Below, piece by piece: positions 53,751 through 64,000 of a stretch of DNA of 64,000 nucleotides. Where the stretch lies: assembly GCA_047495785.1 (NCBI GenBank), contig JBLDXI010000018.1, positions 579,464-643,463 of the forward strand. Direction: 5' to 3'. The notes below the pieces were generated by a model. The model was not told the origin of the DNA. It worked only from the letters and a program-made list of their open reading frames with translations, and searched no databases. Within the stretch, counting starts at the first letter, position 1, and each line of letters opens with the position of its first letter. A program made the position numbers and the translations under genes. Source of the DNA: Lepidodermella squamata (lineage: Eukaryota; Animalia; Gastrotricha).

Positions 53751-56700
53751 TTTCGCTGCCAGCCAAAACGGCTGAAATCGCCGATTTGGACCCTCGTGCG
53801 TATCACCACGATGCAGAATCGTGCTCCACCGCGGTAAATCAGCCATATTCAGGCATCATTCGATAGTGGCAGCGTTGCCAAACACGTTTGCAGCCGATTG
53901 GCGCTCATTTCGGATGACCGATATTTCGTAGCCAGCCAAAACGGCTCAAATCGCCGATTTGGACCCTTGTGCGTATCACCACGATGCAGAATCGTGCTCC
54001 ACCGCGGTAAATCAGCCATATTCAGGCATCATTCGATAGTGGCAGCGTTGCCAAACACGTTTGCAGCCGATTGGCGCTCATTTCGGATGACCGATATTTA
54101 GTAGCCAGCCAAAACGGCTGAAATCGCCGATTTGCACCCTCGTGCGTATCACCACGATGCAGAATCGTGCTCCACCGCGGTAAATCAGCCATATTCAGGC
54201 ATCATTCGATAGTGGCAGCGTTGCCAAACACGTTTGCAGCCGATTGGCGCTCATTTCGGATGACCGATATTTCGTAGCCAGCCAAAACGGCTCAAATCGC
54301 CGATTTGGACCCTTGTGCGTATCACCACGATGCAGAATCGTGCTCCACCGCGGTAAATCAGCCATATTCAGGCATCATTCGATAGTGGCAGCGTTGCCAA
54401 ACACGTTTGCAGCCGATTGGCGCTCATTTCGGATGACCGATATTTAGTAGCCAGCCAAAACGGCTGAAATCGCCGATTTGGACCCTTGTGCGCATCACCA
54501 CGATGCAGAATCGTGCTCCACCGCGGTAAATCAGCCATATTCAGGCATCATTCGATAGTGGCAGCGTTGCCAAACACGTTTGCAGCCGATTGGCGCTCAT
54601 TTCGGGTGACCGATATTTCGCAGCCAGCCAAAACGGCTGAAATCGCCGTTTTGGAGCCTTGTGCGTATCACCACGATGCAGAATCGAGCTCCACCGCGGT
54701 AAATCAGCCATATTCAGGCATCATTCGATAGTGGCAGCGTTGCCAAACACGTTTGCAGCCGATTGGCGCACATTTCGGATGACCGATATTTCGTAGCCAG
54801 CCAGAACGGCTGAAATCGCCGATTTGCACCCTCGTGCGTATCACCACGATGCAGAATCGTGCTCCACCGCGGTAAATCAGCCATATTCAGGCGTCATTCG
54901 ATAGTGGCAGCGTTGGCAAACACGTTTGCAGCCGATTGGCGCACATTTCGGATGACCGATATTTCGTAGCCAGCCAAAACGGCTGAAATCGCCGATTTGG
55001 ACCCTCGTGCGTATCACCACGATGCAGAATCGTGATCCACCGCGGTAAATCAGCCATATTCAGGCATCATTCGATAGTGGCAGCGTTGCCAAAAACGTTT
55101 GCAGCCGATTGGCGCACATTTCGGATGACCGATATTTCGTAGCCAGCCAAAACGGCTGAAATCGCCGATTTGCACCCTCGTGCGTATCACCACGATGCAG
55201 AATCGTGCTCCACCGCGGTAAATCAGCCATATTCAGGCATCATTCGATAGTGGCAGCGTTGCCAAAAACGTTTGCAGCCGATTGGCGCACATTTCGGATG
55301 ACCGATATTTCGTAGCCAGCCAAAACGGCTGAAATCGCCGATTTGCACCCTCGTGCGTATCACCACGATGCAGAATCGTGCTCCACCGCGGTAAATCAGC
55401 CATATTCAGGCGTCATTCGATAGTGGCAGCGTTGCCAAACACGTTTGCAGCCGATTGGCGCACATTTCCGATGACCGATATTTCGTAGCCAGCCAAAACG
55501 GCTGAAATCGCCGATTTGGACCCTCGTGCGTATCACCACGATGCAGAATCGTGCTCCACCGCGGTAAATCAGCCATATTCAGGCATCATTCGATAGTGGC
55601 AGCGTTGCCAAACACGTTTGCAGCCGATTGGCGCTCATTTCGGATGACCGATATTTCGTAGCCAGCCAAAACGGCTCAAATCGCCGATTTGGACCCTTGT
55701 GCGTATCACCACGATGCAGAATCGTGCTCCACCGCGGTAAATCAGCCATATTCAGGCATCATTCGATAGTGGCAGCGTTGCCAAACACGTTTGCAGCCGA
55801 TTGGCGCTCATTTCGGATGACCGATATTTCGTAGCCAGCCAAAACGGCTCAAATCGCCGATTTGGACCCTTGTGCGTATCACCACGATGCAGAATCGTGC
55901 TCCACCGCGGTAAATCAGCCATATTCAGGCATCATTCGATAGTGGCAGCGTTGCCAAACACGTTTGCAGCCGATTGGCGCTCATTTCGGATGACCGATAT
56001 TTCGTAGCCAGCCAAAACGACTGAAATCGCCGATTTGGACCGTCGTGCGTAACACCACGATGCAGAATCGTGCTCCACCGCGGTAAATCAGCCATATTCA
56101 GGCATCATTCGATAGTGGCAGCGTTGCCAAACACGTTTGCAGCCGATTGGCGCTCATTTCGGATGACCGATATTTCGTAGCCAGCCAAAACGGCTGAAAT
56201 CGCCGATTTGGACCCTTGTGCGTATCACCACGATGCAGAATCGTGCTCCACCGCGGTAAATCAGCCATATTCAGGCATCATTCGATAGTGGCAGCGTTGC
56301 CAAACACGTTTGCAGCCGATTGGCGCTCATTTCGGATGACCGATATTTAGTAGCCAGCCAAAACGGCTGAAATCGCCGATTTGGACCCTTGTGCGCATCA
56401 CCACGATGCAGAATCGTGCTCCACCGCGGTAAATCAGCCATATTCAGGCATCATTCGATAGTGGCAGCGTTGCCAAACACGTTTGCAGCCGATTGGCGCT
56501 CATTTCGGATGACCGATATTTAGTAGCCAGCCAAAACGGCTGAAATCGCCGATTTGCACCCTCGTGCGTATCACCACGATGCAGAATCGTGCTCCACCGC
56601 GGTAAATCAGCCATATTCAGGCATCATTCGATAGTGGCAGCGTTGCCAAACACGTTTGCAGCCGATTGGCGCTCATTTCGGATGACCGATATTTCGTAGC

Positions 56701-59700
56701 CAGCCAAAACGGCTCAAATCGCCGATTTGGACCCTTGTGCGTATCACCACGATGCAGAATCGTGCTCCACCGCGGTAAATCAGCCATATTCAGGCATCAT
56801 TCGATAGTGGCAGCGTTGCCAAACACGTTTGCAGCCGATTGGCGCTCATTTCGGATGACCGATATTTAGTAGCCAGCCAAAACGGCTGAAATCGCCGATT
56901 TGGACCCTTGTGCGCATCACCACGATGCAGAATCGTGCTCCACCGCGGTAAATCAGACATATTCTGGCATCATTCGATAGTGGCAGCATTGCCAAACACG
57001 TTTGCAGCCGATTGGCGCTCATTTCGGATGACCGATATTTAGTAGCCAGCCAAAACGGCTGAAATCGCCGATTTGGACCCTTGTGCGCATCACCACGATG
57101 CAGAATCGTGCTCCACCGCGGTAAATCAGCCATATTCAGGCATCATTCGATAGTGGCAGCGTTGCCAAACACGTTTGCAGCCGATTGGCGCTCATTTCGG
57201 ATGACCGATATTTAGTAGCCAGCCAAAACGGCTGAAATCGCCGATTTGCACCCTCGTGCGTATCACCACGATGCAGAATCGTGCTCCACCGCGGTAAATC
57301 AGCCATATTCAGGCATCATTCGATAGTGGCAGCGTTGCCAAACACGTTTGCAGCCGATTGGCGCTCATTTCGGATGACCGATATTTCGTAGCCAGCCAAA
57401 ACGGCTCAAATCGCCGATTTGGACCCTTGTGCGTATCACCACGATGCAGAATCGTGCTCCACCGCGGTAAATCAGCCATATTCAGGCATCATTCGATAGT
57501 GGCAGCGTTGCCAAACACGTTTGCAGCCGATTGGCGCTCATTTCGGATGACCGATATTTCGCTGCCAGCCAAAACGGCTGAAATCGCCGATTTGGACCCT
57601 CGTGCGTATCACCACGATGCAGAATCGTGCTCCACCGCGGTAAATCAGCCATATTCAGGCATCATTCGATAGTGGCAGCGTTGCCAAACACGTTTGCAGC
57701 CGATTGGCGCTCATTTCGGATGACCGATATTTCGTAGCCAGCCAAAACGGCTCAAATCGCCGATTTGGACCCTTGTGCGTATCACCACGATGCAGAATCG
57801 TGCTCCACCGCGGTAAATCAGCCATATTCAGGCATCATTCGATAGTGGCAGCGTTGCCAAACACGTTTGCAGCCGATTGGCGCTCATTTCGGATGACCGA
57901 TATTTAGTAGCCAGCCAAAACGGCTGAAATCGCCGATTTGCACCCTCGTGCGTATCACCACGATGCAGAATCGTGCTCCACCGCGGTAAATCAGCCATAT
58001 TCAGGCATCATTCGATAGTGGCAGCGTTGCCAAACACGTTTGCAGCCGATTGGCGCTCATTTCGGATGACCGATATTTCGTAGCCAGCCAAAACGGCTCA
58101 AATCGCCGATTTGGACCCTTGTGCGCATCACCACGATGCAGAATCGTGCTCCACCGCGGTAAATCAGCCATATTCAGGCATCATTCCATAGTGGCAGCGT
58201 TGCCAAACACGTTTGCAGCCGATTGGCGCTCATTTCGGGTGACCGATATTTCGCAGCCAGCCAAAACGGCTGAAATCGCCGTTTTGGAGCCTTGTGCGTA
58301 TCACCACGATGCAGAATCGAGCTCCACCGCGGTAAATCAGCCATATTCAGGCATCATTCGATAGTGGCAGCGTTGCCAAACACGTTTGCAGCCGATTGGC
58401 GCACATTTCGGATGACCGATATTTCGTAGCCAGCCAGAACGGCTGAAATCGCCGATTTGCACCCTCGTGCGTATCACCACGATGCAGAATCGTGCTCCAC
58501 CGCGGTAAATCAGCCATATTCAGGCGTCATTCGATAGTGGCAGCGTTGGCAAACACGTTTGCAGCCGATTGGCGCACATTTCGGATGACCGATATTTCGT
58601 AGCCAGCCAAAACGGCTGAAATCGCCGATTTGGACCCTCGTGCGTATCACCACGATGCAGAATCGTGCTCCACCGCGGTAAATCAGCCATATTCAGGCAT
58701 CATTCGATAGTGGCAGCGTTGCCAAAAACGTTTGCAGCCGATTGGCGCACATTTCGGATGACCGATATTTCGTAGCCAGCCAAAACGGCTGAAATCGCCG
58801 ATTTGCACCCTCGTGCGTATCACCACGATGCAGAATCGTGCTCCACCGCGGTAAATCAGCCATATTCAGGCATCATTCGATAGTGGCAGCGTTGCCAAAA
58901 ACGTTTGCAGCCGATTGGCGCACATTTCGGATGACCGATATTTCGTAGCCAGCCAAAACGGCTGAAATCGCCGATTTGCACCCTCGTGCGTATCACCACG
59001 ATGCAGAATCGTGCTCCACCGCGGTAAATCAGCCATATTCAGGCGTCATTCGATAGTGGCAGCGTTGCCAAACACGTTTGCAGCCGATTGGCGCTCATTT
59101 CGGATGACCGATATTTCGTAGCCAGCCAAAACGGCTCAAATCGCCGATTTGGACCCTTGTGCGTATCACCACGATGCAGAATCGTGCTCCACCGCGGTAA
59201 ATCAGCCATATTCAGGCATCATTCGATAGTGGCAGCGTTGCCAAACACGTTTGCAGCCGATTGGCGCTCATTTCGGATGACCGATATTTCGTAGCCAGCC
59301 AAAACGGCTCAAATCGCCGATTTGGACCCTTGTGCGTATCACCACGATGCAGAATCGTGCTCCACCGCGGTAAATCAGCCATATTCAGGCATCATTCGAT
59401 AGTGGCAGCGTTGCCAAACACGTTTGCAGCCGATTGGCGCTCATTTCGGATGACCGATATTTCGTAGCCAAGCCAAAACGACTGAAATCGCCGATTTGGA
59501 CCGTCGTGCGTAACACCACGATGCAGAATCGTGCTCCACCGCGGTAAATCAGCCATATTCAGGCATCATTCGATAGTGGCAGCGTTGCCAAACACGTTTG
59601 CAGCCGATTGGCGCTCATTTCGGATGACCGATATTTCGTAGCCAGCCAAAACGGCTGAAATCGCCGATTTGGACCCTTGTGCGTATCACCACGATGCAGA
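53751..59700 (+). repeat. 173-bp satellite, subfamily B (~34 monomers)
   Basis: Diagnostic changes relative to A: GCTGCC>GTAGCC, CGCAGTTTT>CGCCGATTT, ATTCTGG>ATTCAGG, frequent GCGCACA>GCGCTCA, GCGTTG nearly fixed. Confidence 0.97.
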
Positions 59701-62700
59701 ATCGTGGTGATGCGCACAAGGGTCCAAATCGGCGATTTCAGCCGTTTTGGCTGGCTACTAAATATCGGTCATCCGAAATGAGCGCCAATCGGCTGCAAAC
59801 GTGTTTGGCAATGCTGCCACTATCGAATGATGCCAGAATATGTCTGATTTACCGCGGTGGAGCACGATTCTGCATCGTGGTGATGCGCACAAGGGTCCAA
59901 ATCGGCGATTTCAGCCGTTTTGGCTGGCTACTAAATATCGGTCATCCGAAATGAGCGCCAATCGGCTGCAAACGTGTTTGGCAACGCTGCCACTATCGAA
60001 TGATGCCTGAATATGGCTGATTTACCGCGGTGGAGCACGATTCTGCATCGTGGTGATACGCACAAGGGTCCAAATCGGCGATTTGAGCCGTTTTGGCTGG
60101 CTACGAAATATCGGTCATCCGAAATGAGCGCCAATCGGCTGCAAACGTGTTTGGCAACGCTGCCACTATCGAATGATGCCTGAATATGGCTGATTTACCG
60201 CGGTGGAGCACGATTCTGCATCGTGGTGATACGCACGAGGGTGCAAATCGGCGATTTCAGCCGTTTTGGCTGGCTACTAAATATCGGTCATCCGAAATGA
60301 GCGCCAATCGGCTGCAAACGTGTTTGGCAACGCTGCCACTATCGAATGATGCCTGAATATGGCTGATTTACCGCGGTGGAGCACGATTCTGCATCGTGGT
60401 GATGCGCACAAGGGTCCAAATCGGCGATTTCAGCCGTTTTGGCTGGCTACTAAATATCGGTCATCCGAAATGAGCGCCAATCGGCTGCAAACGTGTTTGG
60501 CAACGCTGCCACTATCGAATGATGCCTGAATATGGCTGATTTACCGCGGTGGAGCACGATTCTGCATCGTGGTGATACGCACAAGGGTCCAAATCGGCGA
60601 TTTCAGCCGTTTTGGCTGGCTACGAAATATCGGTCATCCGAAATGAGCGCCAATCGGCTGCAAACGTGTTTGGCAACGCTGCCACTATCGAATGATGCCT
60701 GAATATGGCTGATTTACCGCGGTGGAGCACGATTCTGCATCGTGGTGTTACGCACGACGGTCCAAATCGGCGATTTCAGTCGTTTTGGCTGGCTACGAAA
60801 TATCGGTCATCCGAAATGAGCGCCAATCGGCTGCAAACGTGTTTGGCAACGCTGCCACTATCGAATGATGCCTGAATATGGCTGATTTACCACGGTGGAG
60901 CACGATTCTGCATCGTGGTGATACGCACAAGGGTCCAAATCGGCGATTTGAGCCGTTTTGGCTGGCTACGAAATATCGGTCATCCGAAATGAGCGCCAAT
61001 CGGCTGCAAACGTGTTTGGCAACGCTGCCACTATCGAATGATGCCTGAATATGGCTGATTTACCGCGGTGGAGCACGATTCTGCATCGTGGTGATACGCA
61101 CAAGGGTCCAAATCGGCGATTTGAGCCGTTTTGGCTGGCTACGAAATATCGGTCATCCGAAATGAGCGCCAATCGGCTGCAAACGTGTTTGGCAACGCTG
61201 CCACTATCGAATGATGCCTGAATATGGCTGATTTACCGCGGTGGAGCACGATTCTGCATCGTGGTGATACGCACGAGGGTCCAAATCGGCGATTTCAGCC
61301 GTTTTGGCTGGCTACGAAATATCGGTCATCGGAAATGTGCGCCAATCGGCTGCAAACGTGTTTGGCAACGCTGCCACTATCGAATGACGCCTGAATATGG
61401 CTGATTTACCGCGGTGGAGCACGATTCTGCATCGTGGTGATACGCACGAGGGTGCAAATCGGCGATTTCAGCCGTTTTGGCTGGCTACGAAATATCGGTC
61501 ATCCGAAATGTGCGCCAATCGGCTGCAAACGTTTTTGGCAACGCTGCCACTATCGAATGATGCCTGAATATGGCTGATTTACCGCGGTGGAGCACGATTC
61601 TGCATCGTGGTGATACGCACGAGGGTGCAAATCGGCGATTTCAGCCGTTTTGGCTGGCTACGAAATATCGGTCATCCGAAATGTGCGCCAATCGGCTGCA
61701 AACGTTTTTGGCAACGCTGCCACTATCGAATGATGCCTGAATATGGCTGATTTACCGCGGTGGATCACGATTCTGCATCGTGGTGATACGCACGAGGGTC
61801 CAAATCGGCGATTTCAGCCGTTTTGGCTGGCTACGAAATATCGGTCATCCGAAATGTGCGCCAATCGGCTGCAAACGTGTTTGCCAACGCTGCCACTATC
61901 GAATGACGCCTGAATATGGCTGATTTACCGCGGTGGAGCACGATTCTGCATCGTGGTGATACGCACGAGGGTGCAAATCGGCGATTTCAGCCGTTCTGGC
62001 TGGCTACGAAATATCGGTCATCCGAAATGTGCGCCAATCGGCTGCAAACGTGTTTGGCAACGCTGCCACTATCGAATGATGCCTGAATATGGCTGATTTA
62101 CCGCGGTGGAGCTCGATTCTGCATCGTGGTGATACGCACAAGGCTCCAAAACGGCGATTTCAGCCGTTTTGGCTGGCTGCGAAATATCGGTCACCCGAAA
62201 TGAGCGCCAATCGGCTGCAAACGTGTTTGGCAACGCTGCCACTATCGAATGATGCCTGAATATGGCTGATTTACCGCGGTGGAGCACGATTCTGCATCGT
62301 GGTGATGCGCACAAGGGTCCAAATCGGCGATTTCAGCCGTTTTGGCTGGCTACTAAATATCGGTCATCCGAAATGAGCGCCAATCGGCTGCAAACGTGTT
62401 TGGCAACGCTGCCACTATCGAATGATGCCTGAATATGGCTGATTTACCGCGGTGGAGCACGATTCTGCATCGTGGTGATACGCACAAGGGTCCAAATCGG
62501 CGATTTGAGCCGTTTTGGCTGGCTACGAAATATCGGTCATCCGAAATGAGCGCCAATCGGCTGCAAACGTGTTTGGCAACGCTGCCACTATCGAATGATG
62601 CCTGAATATGGCTGATTTACCGCGGTGGAGCACGATTCTGCATCGTGGTGATACGCACGAGGGTGCAAATCGGCGATTTCAGCCGTTTTGGCTGGCTACT

Positions 62701-63990
62701 AAATATCGGTCATCCGAAATGAGCGCCAATCGGCTGCAAACGTGTTTGGCAACGCTGCCACTATCGAATGATGCCTGAATATGGCTGATTTACCGCGGTG
62801 GAGCACGATTCTGCATCGTGGTGATACGCACAAGGGTCCAAATCGGCGATTTGAGCCGTTTTGGCTGGCTACGAAATATCGGTCATCCGAAATGAGCGCC
62901 AATCGGCTGCAAACGTGTTTGGCAACGCTGCCACTATCGAATGATGCCTGAATATGGCTGATTTACCGCGGTGGAGCACGATTCTGCATCGTGGTGATAC
63001 GCACGAGGGTCCAAATCGGCGATTTCAGCCGTTTTGGCTGGCAGCGAAATATCGGTCATCCGAAATCTGCGCCAATCGGCTGCAAACGTGTTTGGCAATG
63101 CTGCCACTATCGAATGATGCCAGAATATGGCTGATTTACCGCGGTGGAGCACGATTCTGCATCGTGGTGATACGCACAAGGGTCGAAAACTGCGATTTCA
63201 GCCGTTTTGGCTGGCAGCGAAATATCGGTCATCCGATATGTGCGCCAATCGGCTGCAAACGTGTTTGGCAATGCTGCCACTCTCGAATGATGCCAGAATA
63301 TGGCTGACTTACCGCGGTGGAGCACGATTCTGCATCGTGGTGCTACGCACAAGGGTCCAAAACTGCGATTTCAGCCGTTTTGGCTGGCAGCGAAATATCG
63401 GTCATCCGAAATGTGCGCCAATCGGCTGCAAACGTGTTTGGCAATGCTGCCACTATCGAATGATGCCAGAGTATGTCTGATTTACCGCGGTGGAGCACGA
63501 TTCTGCATCGTGGTGATACGCACAAGGGTCCAAAACTGCGATATCAGCCGTTTTGGCTGGCAGCGATATATCGGTCATCCGATATGTGCGCCAATCGGCT
63601 GCAAACGTGTTTGGCAATGCTGCCACTATCGAATGATGCCAGAATATGGCTGATTTACCGCGGTGGAGCACGATTCTGCATCGTGGTGATACGCACAAGG
63701 GTCCAAAACTGCGATATCAGCCGTTTTGGCTGGCAGCGAAATATCGGTCATCCGAAATGTGCGCCAATCGGCTGCAAACGTGTTTGGCAACGCTGCCACT
63801 CTCGAATGATGCCAGAATATGGCTGATTTACCGCGGTGGAGCACGATTCTGCATCGTGGTGATACGCACAAGGGTCCAAAACTGCGATATCAGCCGTTTT
63901 GGCTGGCAGCGAAATATCGGTCATCCGAAATGTGCGCCAATCGGCTGCAAACGTGTTTGGCAACGCTGCCACTCTCGAATGATGCAGAAT
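59701..63990 (-). repeat. Inverted block of the 173-bp satellite (~25 monomers), reverse complement of ~52,815-57,099
   Basis: Variant-for-variant mirror with coordinate sum 116,800 (e.g. ORF 53621-53866+ vs 62934-63179-; 56666-56869+ vs 59931-60134-), including the B-to-A boundary. Confidence 0.97.
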
Positions 63991-64000
63991 GCGTGCTCCA

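Noticed and set aside
10088-63972. Hundreds of 60-117 aa ORFs on both strands (MCVSPRC..., MADLPRW...)
   Set aside because: 173 is not a multiple of 3, so these are the same monomer read in rotating frames; they overlap, use near-cognate starts and show no domain or codon-level constraint.
10129-64000. CRISPR array or repeat-spacer system
   Set aside because: No unique spacers; the whole unit is repeated; no cas genes; context is eukaryotic.

Overview
Eukaryotic (animal-type) genomic DNA in two sharply different parts. (1) 1-10,128: the 3' portion of a spliced + strand gene encoding a CTLD-EGF-CTLD-CTLD protein (7 exons reconstructed by hand from GT-AG sites and reading frame). Its three large introns contain transposon remnants: an antisense non-LTR RT fragment, an RTE-clade LINE 3' end, a CR1-like LINE split by a TTAA/piggyBac-type non-autonomous element, a CACTA-terminus MITE, a Tc1/mariner-type MITE and a foldback element. 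(2) 10,129-64,000: an uninterrupted ~54 kb tandem array of a 173-bp, CpG-rich, hairpin-rich satellite (~311 monomers). It has nested higher-order duplications, an abrupt switch to a second subfamily at ~53.75 kb, and a ~4.3 kb inverted duplication (59,701-~63,990 = reverse complement of ~52,815-57,099). Both junctions of the inversion fall on inverted repeats intrinsic to the monomer. The hundreds of ORFs in the array are artefacts of the repeat. The most notable item is this nucleosome-length, centromere-like satellite whose own dyad symmetries appear to template strand switching; a whole-genome-amplification or assembly chimera is a real alternative explanation. No prokaryotic system (CRISPR etc.) is present, and the host species cannot be identified from the sequence alone.
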